Source: an uncultured Candidatus Rokubacteria bacterium (GTDB lineage Bacteria; Methylomirabilota; Methylomirabilia; Rokubacteriales; CSP1-6). Taken from it: 64,000 nucleotides of DNA. Location: assembly GCA_963754315.1 (NCBI GenBank), contig CAVWFS010000019.1:256001-320000 (forward strand), given 5' to 3'. Each line of letters starts with the position of its first letter. The stretch's first letter is position 1. The translations under genes and the position numbers were made by a program. Positions 40,064 through 50,769 of this stretch are shown piece after piece. The notes beneath the pieces were generated by a model. It made no database searches and had not been told where the DNA came from. It saw only the letters and a program-made list of their open reading frames with translations.

Positions 40064-40831
40064 ATGCGTGACGAGTCCGCCGTCCTCATCGAACGACAGG
40101 GCACCGTGGCTCTTGTCTCCTTCAATCGGCCCCAGCGCCTGAACGCGTGGAGTCCCGATCTCGGCACCGCCCTCTTGGCCCGCCTGCGGGAAGCCGAGGC
40201 CGACGACGCGGTACGCGGCGTGGTCCTGACAGGGGTGGGCCGGGCCTTTTCCGCCGGCGCCGATCTGAAGAATCCGCAAACACACAGCGTCTCGTCGGCC
40301 GACGAGCACCTCGCCGGGCTGCGCGGCAGCCCTGTCTTCGACACCATCGAGCGATATCCCAAGCCCATCATCAGCGCCGTCAACGGCTACGCAATCGGCA
40401 TCGGCTGTCTCGTACCGCTCTGCGGCGACTTCATACTGGCGGGAGAGCAAGCGGTGTTCTGCTTGCCGCAGGTGAGCCTCGGCATCCTGCCGGCCTATGG
40501 TGGCACCTTGCGCCTGGCGCGGTTTGTCGGCAGAGGCCATGCGCTCAACATGGCACTCACCGGCCGCAAGGTCGGCGCCGAGGAGGCGCTGCGAATGGGG
40601 ATGGTTGTGTCCGTCCTGCCGCAGGAGCGCCTCGTTCCCGAGGCTATCAAGACGATGCAGGCCATCGCCGACATGCCGGTACACGCGGTGCGGCTGGCCC
40701 GTGAGTCGCTCCGACTGGGCTACGAAGGGGGGCTCGCTGCTGCCGCCCACGCCGATCTCTATCGCTTCATGGCGCTGTCACAGACCTCGGATCGGGCTGC
40801 GCGCCATCAGGCCTGGCGGGAACGGCCGTGA
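40064..40831 (+). CDS. Enoyl-CoA hydratase/isomerase family protein lacking the catalytic Glu residues
   Basis: NRPQRLNA, GRAFSAGADL, KPIISAVNGYAIG, FCLPQVSLGILP. Confidence 0.88.
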   Translation: MRDESAVLIERQGTVALVSFNRPQRLNAWSPDLGTALLARLREAEADDAVRGVVLTGVGRAFSAGADLKNPQTHSVSSADEHLAGLRGSPVFDTIERYPKPIISAVNGYAIGIGCLVPLCGDFILAGEQAVFCLPQVSLGILPAYGGTLRLARFVGRGHALNMALTGRKVGAEEALRMGMVVSVLPQERLVPEAIKTMQAIADMPVHAVRLARESLRLGYEGGLAAAAHADLYRFMALSQTSDRAARHQAWRERP

Positions 40832-40995
40832 TGTCAGGTTCCCCCGACCAAGGTCGGCCCGCCAAACGGATCGCACACGATCTGGGGACAGGTTCACCAC
40901 CGGTTACCGGAAACAATGGGACGCCTTCCGGCGTTGGTGTTAAGTGTCTTGGACCGCGATGGACAATCCATTGTGAGCGAAAGGAGGAGTCGGAA

Positions 40996-41489
40996 ATGAA
41001 GCGACTGACACCCTACGTGCTGGTGACAGCCCTTCTGGTCGCGTTGTGGACGCCGGGACCGGTAGCGGGGGAAGTCGTTGGGGCGGGGCTGAGCGGCTTC
41101 GAGGAAGTTCCGGTCATCGCCACGAGTGGCAGCGGCGCGTTCTTCGCGAGGATCGTCGGGGATACCGCGATTGACTTCGTGCTCGTCTATGAGGACTTGG
41201 AGGGAGGAACGGTTAACGCGGCTCATATCCACCTGGGACAGGTGGGGGTTAACGGCGCGATCGTGATTCACTTTTGTGGTACCGGTGGCAAACCGGCATG
41301 CCCGCCCACGCCGGGCACCCTAGCGGGGACTGTGACGGGGGCGGACGTGGTCGCGGTGCCGGCGCAGGGGATTGCCGCCGGGGATCTGACCGAGGTCATC
41401 CGCGCGATACGAGCGGGAAAGCCTACGCGAACGTCCACACCGCCACCTTTCCCAGCGGTGAGGTCCGCGGGCAGCTCAAGCATCACTAA
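40996..41489 (+). CDS. Secreted CHRD-domain protein; -1 frameshift ~41416
   Basis: Signal peptide, LSGFEEVP, AAHIHLG, then YANVHTATFPSGEVRGQL in the other frame; SD AAGGAGG. Confidence 0.8.
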
Positions 41490-41500
41490 TCGTGTGTTGT

Positions 41501-41552
41501 CCTGCACGCAGGAGCGTCGGGCCTCCCGGATCCCGCCGCTCCTGCGTGCGGG
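41501..41552. terminator. GC-rich hairpin between convergent genes
   Basis: CCTGCACGCAGGAGCG / CGCTCCTGCGTGCGGG 16-bp stem (one G-U pair); no U-tract. Confidence 0.55.
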
Positions 41553-41573
41553 TGAGTCGCCCGTCGGGTTGGG

Positions 41574-41918
41574 TTAGTTGCTGAACAGACGCGTGAAGAA
41601 ATTCTTCACGCTCTGACCAAATGATCGCGCACCTTCTTTGATATTTTCCCCCGTTCGCTTGGCGGGAGGTTCGGCGGCCTGGCCGGCCTCCTTGAGTTTC
41701 TCGCCCGTGAACTTGGCGCCCTCGACTACCGTATTCCCGACTCCCTTCGCGGTCTCCTCCACGCCTTTGCCGACTTCGCCCTGGCCAACTTTTTTGGCAC
41801 CACTCTCCACCTGCTGGGTGGCGCCCTTCACCTTCGACTCGTCAGCCGCCTGCGCGCTCGGCGCACATATCAGCACTGTCCCAAAAACTAGCCACGCTCC
41901 CCGACGAATCATCTGCAT
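41574..41918 (-). CDS. Small secreted low-complexity helical protein
   Basis: SD AGGAGG; signal peptide AQA; G/K/E-rich amphipathic repeats. Confidence 0.75.
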   Translation of the reverse strand: MQMIRRGAWLVFGTVLICAPSAQAADESKVKGATQQVESGAKKVGQGEVGKGVEETAKGVGNTVVEGAKFTGEKLKEAGQAAEPPAKRTGENIKEGARSFGQSVKNFFTRLFSN

Positions 41919-42154
41919 GATCGACCTCCTGTCGAGGACTTCAAATGTTTGATCGGCAAGAGTTGGGCCAAGTGTGGGAAAACACGCGCCAAGGCTTGCA
42001 GACAACCAGAAGAAGCACTTTGGAGTCATGACCGAATCCCTGCATGAGATGACTTGAAGAAAATGCTTTCCCGGTAGGGAAGATTTGCCGGCTAGTCTCC
42101 TCGTTCCATGCCACCAGGGATAGGCCCTCGCGACTCACCCGTCGCCGGCGCAGG

Positions 42155-43336
42155 TCATTGCGCGCCCAGGCGCCTGGGCGCGCGTGAGAACCCGAGCAAA
42201 GCGACCAGGCTGATTGACGTAAAGACGGCGGCGAGCACGACGAGCGTCGTCTCCATGCCAACGGTGTCGACCAGTATGCCGATGGGCGGTCCGGCGAGAA
42301 CGAACGACAGCCGGAAGAGGAGGGCGGCCACCGACAACACGCTAGCGCGGTCCTGGCTGGGAGCTTCCTCCTGTATGACACTGACCAAAACTGGCGCCTG
42401 GAGCCCGCGGAGCGTCATGAAGCATAGGTAGAAAACGACTCCCCATGCCGACGCGGTCCAGGCGAAGCCCAGGTACCCGACCAGCACGAGCAAGCAACAA
42501 CCGAGGAGGGTGGCCCGCACGCCGAGCGCAGTCGTGACCCGCGCGCTGGCCAGAGAAACGCCGGCCAACCAGGCGTGGGCACCGGCCCAGAGCGGGCCGA
42601 ACCACCCCGGAGGAATCCCCCGGGCTTGCATGATCGGCTGGATCAGCCAGACCATCACGAAGCTGGAAAGCCCGAGCGCGACCCCGAGAGCCATCGCCGA
42701 TCGCAACCTTCGGTGGTGCCACAAGGTGAAGCGGAGAACGTAGAGCGCCTGCTGCCCATGCGAGCGGCGATCGACCAATGGCAACCGGGGGGCCTCGCGC
42801 AAGAAGACCGCTACCGTAAAGGCCAGGGCAGCAAACGGGATCTGAAGCCAGAAGGGGAGCCGAGGCGTGAAAGCATAGAGCCATCCGCCGGCCGCCGCGC
42901 TCACCGCCTCGCTCGTCTGCGCCGTGGCGCGCATCCGACCTTCCCAGCGTGGATAGTCACGCGCGCGGCTTACAGAATCCAGCGACGCCCACAGCAAGGC
43001 GCGATCGGCGCCCGATATGAACGCGCTGCCGGCCCCGAGCACGACCTCGGCCAGGGCGACCATCGCGAAGCTGGATCCGCCGACATAGATGCACCATCCC
43101 GCCATCAAGAGGATTGTCCCAACCAGGATCGACCTTCGGTACCCAACTCGATCCGCGAAGTACCCCGAGGGAAACTCGAAGAGCACCACGGCCAGGCTGA
43201 AGATCGCCTGCAGTAGCATGACGTCGGTGAGCGACATCCCGATCTGGTCCGTCCAGAACAAGGTGACGATGGGGATTGGGAACAGGACAAATTGCGCGGC
43301 GGCAAAGGCCAACAGCAAGCGCGGGTTCGCGCTCAT
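42155..43336 (-). CDS. MFS transporter
   Basis: About 12 hydrophobic segments; EFPSGYFADRVGYRRS motif A; SGADRALL. Confidence 0.88.
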   Translation of the reverse strand: MSANPRLLLAFAAAQFVLFPIPIVTLFWTDQIGMSLTDVMLLQAIFSLAVVLFEFPSGYFADRVGYRRSILVGTILLMAGWCIYVGGSSFAMVALAEVVLGAGSAFISGADRALLWASLDSVSRARDYPRWEGRMRATAQTSEAVSAAAGGWLYAFTPRLPFWLQIPFAALAFTVAVFLREAPRLPLVDRRSHGQQALYVLRFTLWHHRRLRSAMALGVALGLSSFVMVWLIQPIMQARGIPPGWFGPLWAGAHAWLAGVSLASARVTTALGVRATLLGCCLLVLVGYLGFAWTASAWGVVFYLCFMTLRGLQAPVLVSVIQEEAPSQDRASVLSVAALLFRLSFVLAGPPIGILVDTVGMETTLVVLAAVFTSISLVALLGFSRAPRRLGAQ

Positions 43337-43411
43337 CGACGTCGCGACGCCCGGCTACCACCCGGTGGCGCCAGCACAAAGACAGACGGGTCGCGGAGAA
43401 CCCTGTGCAGG

Positions 43412-43540
43412 TTAGTGTACGGCGCACTCCACGGCCCCCACCGCGTCAGGACCGAGCCGATGCATCTCGATCAGGGCCAGGGTCGTGTCGAGCGCTCGAT
43501 GGGTGGTGGCACAGCAGGGATAGCGCTTGACGCCGTCCCA
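43412..43540 (-). pseudogene. Remnant of an MmgE/PrpD-family gene
   Basis: GVKRYPCCATTHRALDTTLALIEMHRL matches the KxYPCCxxxHxxxD motif; only ~40 codons, no start. Confidence 0.55.
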
Positions 43541-43595
43541 GGATCGATCAGGTCGCGCGGCGCCCCGAGAGCGGCGGTGGCGAGTCTCAGGATGA

Positions 43596-44843
43596 TCACC
43601 GGGCTGGAGGTGCCGCGTGAGCGCCGAGGCGGCCCGCCACAAAAGCCACGTTCATTCGGAGGATATCGAGGGCCAAGTCGTAATCGATGTGGTCAAGTGT
43701 GTCGCGACTCGAGTGAATGCGGTCATTGGCGTTGTCGGCGCCCTCGATGGTGAGGACGGCCGGGACGCCGGCTTCGATGAAGGGCACGTGGTCGCTGGCG
43801 AAGGGGTTCAAGGAACGCTCGACGTGGAGCGTCGTGTACGTTGCGGCCGCCGCCGCCAGCTCGTCCATGATCGACTGGGAGAGCGGCGCCCCCTCGAGCA
43901 GGACCGTTCGCCGGTCGCTGTTGAGGCTGCCGATCATGTCCATGTTGAGGACGGCCCTGATGCGCCGCTTTTCCGCGGCCGGGAGCGACACGACGTATCG
44001 CCGGCTCCCGAATAGGCCCTGCTCCTCTCCACCGAACAGGATCACACGCAGATCGTGGGCTCCGGGGTGCCCTGCCAGTACCCGTGCCATTTCCAGGAGT
44101 CCGGCCGCACCGGAGCCGTTGTCGTCGGCGCCCGGGGCAGCGGCCGACGCTCCGCCCGTCAGGTTGATGGAGTCCAGGTGTGCGGTCATCACAACCACCC
44201 CGCGGGAATCGGGAGCACGTCCTTGCTTGTCGGCGATGACGTTCCGGCTGGGTTTCCCGTTCACGGTCACCGCCTGGAACTTGACCCGAAAGCCGGCAGC
44301 CACGAGCTGCTGCTTCGCCCAGCTCGAGATCGTCCGGTATTCGGGGCTCGTCGACAGGCGAGTCCGGAGCGACCCCACGTGGGTCAGGGTCGCTTCCAGG
44401 CGCGGCCGCTCGAGTCGGGCGAGCAAGGTCTGAATGGCTGGATTGCGCGCGCGCCGCACACTGGACGGCTCAACCACGTCGAACACGACCTGATGATCGC
44501 CAAGCGGCATCACCCCGTAGCACGTCGGATGAGCTCGGCCCAGCTGGCGAACCCGTCGCGGATCGAGATCGATCAGCAGGAACCGTCCACGATCCAGCAG
44601 GACCGGCACCCGAGGATGCAGGCGCTGGAAGAGCCGGCCATTCTGGACGACGACGTGTAGCCGCTCACGCGACACGCGGCGACGCCGGCCACGGCGCAAC
44701 CGCCCGTCCGCGAGCGCAGCGGCAGTGCGCCACGCAGGAGCCGGGCCGAACACCACGAGGTCCTCGCCGAAGCGTGCCCACGGGAGCGCAATCGGGCGCG
44801 GTGACGCTCTTGTCGCGGTCCGCGCGGCGCGAACAATGGCCAA
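43596..44843 (-). CDS. M28 family metallo-aminopeptidase
   Basis: AHLDS, PGADDNGSG, GEEQGLFGS, NMDMIG, SDHVPF, IHS..D. Confidence 0.88.
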   Translation of the reverse strand: MAIVRAARTATRASPRPIALPWARFGEDLVVFGPAPAWRTAAALADGRLRRGRRRRVSRERLHVVVQNGRLFQRLHPRVPVLLDRGRFLLIDLDPRRVRQLGRAHPTCYGVMPLGDHQVVFDVVEPSSVRRARNPAIQTLLARLERPRLEATLTHVGSLRTRLSTSPEYRTISSWAKQQLVAAGFRVKFQAVTVNGKPSRNVIADKQGRAPDSRGVVVMTAHLDSINLTGGASAAAPGADDNGSGAAGLLEMARVLAGHPGAHDLRVILFGGEEQGLFGSRRYVVSLPAAEKRRIRAVLNMDMIGSLNSDRRTVLLEGAPLSQSIMDELAAAAATYTTLHVERSLNPFASDHVPFIEAGVPAVLTIEGADNANDRIHSSRDTLDHIDYDLALDILRMNVAFVAGRLGAHAAPPAR

Positions 44844-44861
44844 GCGTCATCAAGGGGGGTT

Positions 44862-45932
44862 TCACTGCCCCGTCCACGCGGTCTGGAGCTCCACCACGCG
44901 CCCGTCTCGGAGGACGTTGACTCGCATGATCTCACCCGGTTTCAGCGTCTCGAGAGTCCTCAGGGCCTGAACCATGCCGGCCTTGGTCGCGACATCAATG
45001 CCCTGGATCCTCAGGACGATATCACCACCCATGACGAGCTGCTGCCCGTCAACGATGCCAAGGCGATCTCCTCCCCGAACCCCGAGCCGTTCCCCGATCG
45101 AATCCTGGGCCACCTGCTTGACGAGGAATCCGCCGGCCTGCGGTACCCCCAGCGCCGCGGCCATGGTCCCAGACACAAACTCGAGGTCGAGGCCGTACCA
45201 CCGTCGGTTGCGCTCAAGGAGGTAGTGTCTGAATGAATTCGACGTCACCACGAACCCGAGGCCCTCGCTCCCGCCCGATTTTGTGATGTTGTGGCTCACG
45301 ATGCCGATCAGGTGTCCGTTCCGGTCGAACATGGGTCCGCCCGAGTTGCCGGTGTTGATCACGGCGTCCGTCTGAAGGAACTCGGCCAGCGGGAAATCCC
45401 GGGTGACCGTATTGGCGTCCCAGCGCGCGCTGATGACGCCCGTGCTCAGCGAATGCCCGAGCCCGTACGGCGCACCGATGATGAACACCGGATCACCGAT
45501 CCGCGCCGGATCCGAGTCGGCGAGCGGTGACACGGTCGCGTCACGGGGCACCGTCGCGATCTGGAGCAGGGAGATGTCGGCCCTGGGCTCGGAGGCGATC
45601 ACGCGGGCCGGGATGGGCTCGTCGCCCAAGAACTGCACCGTGATGTCCCCCATCAGGTGAACGACGTGCGCGGCTGTCGCGATCTTCCCGTCGGGAGAGA
45701 TCAGCACCCCCGAGCCAACCTCGCGGAAGCGGACCATGCCCCCTGTCGTGACCTCCTGGCCCCTGGCTCGGATCACCACGACGGACGAATTGACACGCCG
45801 GTAGACTTCGCCGAGCGTTTCCGTTGAGGCGAGCTGAGGAGTCCCCGCGAAGGCGGTCGTCACGATGAAGGCCGCGACGAGGTGGCGCCCCTTCGCGGCG
45901 CGGCGAGCCAGGGGGCACGACAGCCAGCTCAT
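44862..45932 (-). CDS. HtrA/S1C trypsin-like serine protease with PDZ domain
   Basis: GSGVLI, TAAHVV, DISLL, QTDAVINTGNSGGP. Confidence 0.9.
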   Translation of the reverse strand: MSWLSCPLARRAAKGRHLVAAFIVTTAFAGTPQLASTETLGEVYRRVNSSVVVIRARGQEVTTGGMVRFREVGSGVLISPDGKIATAAHVVHLMGDITVQFLGDEPIPARVIASEPRADISLLQIATVPRDATVSPLADSDPARIGDPVFIIGAPYGLGHSLSTGVISARWDANTVTRDFPLAEFLQTDAVINTGNSGGPMFDRNGHLIGIVSHNITKSGGSEGLGFVVTSNSFRHYLLERNRRWYGLDLEFVSGTMAAALGVPQAGGFLVKQVAQDSIGERLGVRGGDRLGIVDGQQLVMGGDIVLRIQGIDVATKAGMVQALRTLETLKPGEIMRVNVLRDGRVVELQTAWTGQ

Positions 45933-46798
45933 TCCGGCCAGCTGTGCAACAAATAAAGGGCCTGCACGAGAGGGCTCGCGGAAGAAAAGGGGCCAAACCA
46001 GCGCTCGTAGATGGGCACGATCTGGCCCGAGCGGTAGAGCTGGGACAGGGCGCGGTTCACCTCCACCTGGAACGCGTTGTCTCCGCGTCGCAACATGAGG
46101 GCGTAGGGTTCGTAGGAGTAGTATTCACGGCTCAGGCGGAGCTTGGCGGGGTCGCCGGCTCTGGCCAGGAGCCCGCTCAGCAGGACGCGATCGGAAGCAT
46201 AGGCGTCCAGCTGACCGGCTTCCAAGGCACGGAGACCCTCGCCGTGCTCGGAGACCGAAACGATTTGCGCCTGGATCGAGTCCCGACCCAGTGCCGCCGC
46301 CAGGGTCTTCTCGGTCGTCGTGTGGGGCACCACGCCGACCCGCTTGCTGGACAAATCCTTCACCCGCTCGACGCCAGAGGCGGCGGTGGCCAGCAGGCTC
46401 CCACCGTCCACGAAGATCATGTGACTGAACGCGACCTGCTCCATGCGGGCAAACGTGATCGTGGTCGACTCACAGCCGAGATCGACATTGCCCTTGACCA
46501 CCTTGGTGGTGCGATCGGCCGGCGTCACCGGGACCCAGTTCAGCTTAAGCTCGGGAAGCTTCGAAGAGCCCTTGAGGGCTAGGGCCACCTGCTGGCAGAG
46601 ATCGACCGAGTAACCGGCGGGTCTGCCGTCCTTGTCGCGAAAGGACAAGGGAGGGGACGTCTCGCGGTAGCCGAGGTCAATCGTTCCGGTTTCCTTGATT
46701 TTCTGCAGGGTCGGACGGAATTCCTGGGACGCCGCCGGGCCAACCACGGACACCCCAAGGGTGACGACGACCATCACCAGGACCGCTTTCCCGCGCAT
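45929..46798 (-). CDS. Amino-acid ABC substrate-binding protein (GltI-like), no cognate permease nearby
   Basis: LQKIKETGTIDLGYRE, GYSVDLC, TTITFAR, TTTE, SYEPYALMLR. Confidence 0.85.
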   Translation of the reverse strand: MRGKAVLVMVVVTLGVSVVGPAASQEFRPTLQKIKETGTIDLGYRETSPPLSFRDKDGRPAGYSVDLCQQVALALKGSSKLPELKLNWVPVTPADRTTKVVKGNVDLGCESTTITFARMEQVAFSHMIFVDGGSLLATAASGVERVKDLSSKRVGVVPHTTTEKTLAAALGRDSIQAQIVSVSEHGEGLRALEAGQLDAYASDRVLLSGLLARAGDPAKLRLSREYYSYEPYALMLRRGDNAFQVEVNRALSQLYRSGQIVPIYERWFGPFSSASPLVQALYLLHSWPE

Positions 46799-46847
46799 CC
46801 CCGACCTCTCCGGCGAGCCATGACGTCCCGCCGACTGCCGCGCCTAG

Positions 46848-46933
46848 AGTGTACGCGGGAGGCCAGGGCAAGTGAAAGCAAAGTTCAGCGTGTGGCTTTC
46901 TGCCTTGCCGATCGCGCAGGGGTCGCCTAAAGT
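46848..46933. promoter_or_regulatory. Divergent promoters: minus TTCACT-N17-TACACT (46848-46876) and plus TTGCCG-N17-TAAAGT (46905-46933)
   Basis: Both have 17-nt spacers and point at the flanking operons. Confidence 0.55.
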
Positions 46934-47033
46934 ACACGGCGTTCCGAACCTTCGGTGTGTGCGACGAGCGGGCGCGGCCCGTCGCTCACGGTCAAACTGT
47001 GAATGGCCGACCAAGCAAGGGGAGGGCACGTCC

Positions 47034-48090
47034 ATGGGAATTTCGTGGCGGAAAAGCGCGGTAGCCTTCGGTGTCCTGTGGTTGTTCGTCCTGCTCGGCG
47101 TCGGGAGCCGCCCTCCGACGGTGGTGGCACAGGCCCCCAAGCCGGAATTCAAGCTGAAGCTCATGGGCATCAACCGGACGCTCGATCCCTGGAAGCTCTA
47201 CCAAGAGTGGGCGCAGACGGTGGAAAAGCGCACCAACGGGCGGGTGCAGTTCGAGCTGACGTCGCTCCCCGAGCTCGGCCTGAGCGGAGCCGAGACCCTG
47301 CGCGTCCTGAGAACGGGTGTGGTGGACATCACCGAAACCTATGGGGGGTACGTCGCGGGCGAGCTTCCTCTCGTCGAGATCCTCGAGTTGCCTGGCATCT
47401 TCCCTGACCCCCAGACGGCCAAGAAGGCGATCCTGGCCTGGAAGCCCACCGAGGCGAAGCTTCTTGACCAGAAAGCGAACGCCGTGTTGCTGGCCATGGC
47501 CTTGTATCCGGACCAGGCCTTTTTCAGCAAGAAGGCGGTCCGAAAACCGGCCGACTTCAAGGGGCTGAAAACGCGCGTGCACAGCGTGGCGCTTGCTTCG
47601 TTGGTGGCCGGGCTGGGAGGCGAGCCCCTCACCATCGCCTTCGCCGAGGTCTACACCGCCCTGGAGCGCGGCACGCTCGACGCGGCGATCAGCGGCACCA
47701 AGCCCGGGTTCGGCCTCAGGTGGTACGAGGTGTCCAAGTACCTCGTTGGCCCCATCTCGATGCGGCCTCACGTGGCGCTGGCCATCAACAAGAACACCTG
47801 GAAGCGCCTCCCGCCTGACATCCAGCAGATCATGAAGGACGATGCCGAGAAGATCGTGGAGGGCAAGGCCTTCGAGGCCATCGAGGTATGGAACAAGGAG
47901 GGAATCGACAAGAGCGTCGAGAAGGGCATGGAGCACATTCCCGTTCTCGCCCGAGACCCTGGCCGCCATCAAGGACGTGTTGCGCACCAAGGTGGCCCCG
48001 GACTGGGTGAAGCGCGCGGGCGGGGCCGACGCTGCCCGCCAGTTCAACGAGATCATCGCGCCGCTTGTCGGATTCGAAGTCAAATCCTGA
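47034..48090 (+). CDS. TRAP substrate-binding protein (DctP); +1 frameshift at CCC ~47941
   Basis: VEKRTNGRV, DFKGLKTR, EVYTALERGTLDA, INKNTWKRLPPDIQ; C-terminus lies in ORF 47842-48090. Confidence 0.85.
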
Positions 48091-48100
48091 GCCGCCGCCG

Positions 48101-48634
48101 ATGCGAATGCCGAACGCGGCGCGGGCGATGGATGTCTGCTTTGATGCGACCGGATATCTGGCTGGCGGCTTGTACGTCGTGCTTGCCTTTTTCACCACCT
48201 ACGATGTCTTGGCGCGCAAGTGGGGCAGCGCCGTCGGCCTGCCGACCACGCGCGTCACCGACGAGATCAGCGGATACATGCTCGCCGTGGCCGCTACCTG
48301 GGGGTTTGCCTATGCCCTTCGCACCGGCGCCCACGTACGTGTCGATGTGCTGTTCCCGTATATGGCGCGCAGGGTGAGGACCGCGGTGGACTTCATGGCG
48401 TACGTGCTCATGGCCGTCTTCGCGGCCGTCATCTCGTGGAAGATCTGGACACTGGTGGCCGATTCCATGCAAAGCGACATCCGGTCATCCACGTACCTGC
48501 TGACCCCCCTCTACATCCCGCAGGGCATCTTGGCAGTTGGATTCTCTCTGCTGACTCTGGCCGCAGTATTCACGGCCGTGGCGACCCTGACCGGATGGGA
48601 CTCCCGAGAGATCAGCGGGGGACCCGAGGCCTAG
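48101..48634 (+). CDS. TRAP small permease (DctQ)
   Basis: DEISGY, AYALRTGAHVRVDVL; 4 TM; start uncertain. Confidence 0.87.
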   Translation: MRMPNAARAMDVCFDATGYLAGGLYVVLAFFTTYDVLARKWGSAVGLPTTRVTDEISGYMLAVAATWGFAYALRTGAHVRVDVLFPYMARRVRTAVDFMAYVLMAVFAAVISWKIWTLVADSMQSDIRSSTYLLTPLYIPQGILAVGFSLLTLAAVFTAVATLTGWDSREISGGPEA

Positions 48635-48650
48635 GAGGCGGGTTCGATCC

Positions 48651-49970
48651 ATGATCCTCGGAGTAGCGGCGCTCCTCATGACCGCGCTTTTTCTGGTCGG
48701 GCTGCACGTGGCCAGCGCTCTCGGCCTCATCGGCATGGCCCTGATGTATCTGTTCTCGGACCGTCCGCTGTGGGACATGCTGGGGCAGATCGCCTGGAAT
48801 GTGAACAGCAGTTCCGTGCTGGTGGCCATCCCGCTCTTCGTGATGATGGGGGAAATCCTCATCCACAGCCGTCTCTCGGAGCGCTTGTATCAGGTTCTGT
48901 CCTACTGGCTGGCTCCGCTTCCCGGTGGCCTCCTGCATTCCAACATCGCGTTCTGCGCAGTGTTCGGGGCCATCTCCGGTTCCAGCGCCGCCTGCGCGGC
49001 GACGGTGGGCGCAGTCGCCTTGCCGTCCTTCAGGGCGCGAAACTACAACGAGCGCCTGGTGATCGGCAGCCTGGCCGCCGGGGGCACCTTGGACATTCTG
49101 ATCCCGCCCAGCATCTCCATGATCATCTATGGTGTCCTGGCCGAGGAATCCATCGGCCGGCTCTACCTGGCCGGATTCATTCCTGGCTTTCTCCTGGCCG
49201 GGATCTTCATGTTCATCATTGCCGTGGCCGCGAAGATCTGGCCATCGGTGGCGCCCCGCGAGCCGGCACCGTCCTGGCGGGTTCGCCTGCTCGGTCTGGT
49301 GGCGCTCTTTCCCGTGATCGCGCTCATGTTCGTCGTGCTGGGCACGATCTACCTGGGGGTGGCCACCCCCACGGAAGCGGCCGCCTTCGGGGTGGTCGCG
49401 AGTTTCATCCTGGCCGGCCTGAACCGCGAGCTCAGCCTGCCCATGCTCAGGCAAGTCATGGTCACCACCGTGCGCACATCGTCCATGATCATGCTGATCG
49501 TGACCTCGGCGTTCATCCTGAGCTTCGCGCTGGCGATTCTGGGCGTTCCGGCCCAGCTCACGGCGATGGTGGCGGGCTGGCAGCTCACACCCCTGACCTT
49601 CATGCTCCTCCTGGTGGTCTTCTACATGATCCTCGGTACCTTCATGGAGGCGCTATCCATGATGGTCACGACCATGCCGATTCTCGTGCCTCTGCTGAAG
49701 TCGATGGGGATCGACATGGTGTGGTTCGGCATCATCATGGTGATCCTGCTGGAAGCAGCCCTCGTGAGTCCACCCGAAGGCCTGAACCTTTACATCATCC
49801 AGGGAATCCGCAAGTCAGTGTCGGAAGCGGCGGGGCTGCAGGTGGGAACTATGCTCGACCTCTGGGTCGGAGTGCTGCCGTTCATGGCTGGTATGGCGAT
49901 CTGTATCGCTCTCTTGTTCGTATTTCCCGGCATCGCGCTCTGGCTGCCGAACGCGGTGATGGGAAAGTGA
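48651..49970 (+). CDS. TRAP large permease (DctM)
   Basis: LVAIPLFVMMGE, GSSAAC, LIPPSI, ATPTEAA, SPPEGLNL. Confidence 0.92.
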   Translation: MILGVAALLMTALFLVGLHVASALGLIGMALMYLFSDRPLWDMLGQIAWNVNSSSVLVAIPLFVMMGEILIHSRLSERLYQVLSYWLAPLPGGLLHSNIAFCAVFGAISGSSAACAATVGAVALPSFRARNYNERLVIGSLAAGGTLDILIPPSISMIIYGVLAEESIGRLYLAGFIPGFLLAGIFMFIIAVAAKIWPSVAPREPAPSWRVRLLGLVALFPVIALMFVVLGTIYLGVATPTEAAAFGVVASFILAGLNRELSLPMLRQVMVTTVRTSSMIMLIVTSAFILSFALAILGVPAQLTAMVAGWQLTPLTFMLLLVVFYMILGTFMEALSMMVTTMPILVPLLKSMGIDMVWFGIIMVILLEAALVSPPEGLNLYIIQGIRKSVSEAAGLQVGTMLDLWVGVLPFMAGMAICIALLFVFPGIALWLPNAVMGK

Positions 49971-49982
49971 GAGCCGAACGAC

Positions 49983-50693
49983 TCAGCGCGGGCGACGGGG
50001 AACGTTCGTGTAGATGGTGGCGCCGTCCTCGGCGGCAAAGATGTAGGTCGGCGTCTGACCGGGCTCCTCTGCGCTCGGGACGGTCGGCAAGGGGCTAGAG
50101 CCGACGTCCACGCCGACGATGCGCAAGATGCGCGTGACGTACTGCTGGGTCTCCCGATAGGGCGGGATGCCCCGATACTGTGCCACCGCTCCCTCGCCGG
50201 CGTTGTAGGCGGCGAGCGCGAGGGGAAGATTGTTCTCGAAGCGCTCCATCAGGCCCCGCAGATGTCGCACGCCGCCGTCGATGTTCTCCACGGGATCGAA
50301 CGAATCGCGCACGCCCAGTTGACTGGCGGTGGTCGGCATCAGCTGCATGAGACCACGCGCGCCCTTGGGCGACACCGCACGCGGGTTGAATCCTGACTCC
50401 ACCCTGATGACGGCCGTTACGAGCTCCTCGGAAACGCCGTAGCGATGGGCTGCTTCGCGAATGTGGGAATCGAGCGCCGCCCGTCGAATCATCGGACTTG
50501 GCGCCGGGGAAACCACGCCAGGCGAGGGCGGTGGCTGGATGATCCCCAGCCGCTGGTATCGTGGATCGGTGGGCGCGTTGGTCAGATGAACGGTCCCGTC
50601 GGTTTCGGCCAGCTCAACCACCTGCGCTAGCGCCCCGAGCGGGGATCCGAGGACGACGGCCAGCACGGCGCTGCCGAGGACAAAGCGTCGCAC
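49983..50693 (-). CDS. Lytic transglycosylase (SLT domain)
   Basis: [42 protein letters not shown] start 6 nt after TACAAT. Confidence 0.9.
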   Translation of the reverse strand: MRRFVLGSAVLAVVLGSPLGALAQVVELAETDGTVHLTNAPTDPRYQRLGIIQPPPSPGVVSPAPSPMIRRAALDSHIREAAHRYGVSEELVTAVIRVESGFNPRAVSPKGARGLMQLMPTTASQLGVRDSFDPVENIDGGVRHLRGLMERFENNLPLALAAYNAGEGAVAQYRGIPPYRETQQYVTRILRIVGVDVGSSPLPTVPSAEEPGQTPTYIFAAEDGATIYTNVPRRPR

Positions 50694-50769
50694 CCGCACA
50701 TTGTAACGAATTATCCGGACGCCCGCCAAACTGGCTTCTGGCGTGCAATCTGGTACACCAAGGATGGTC

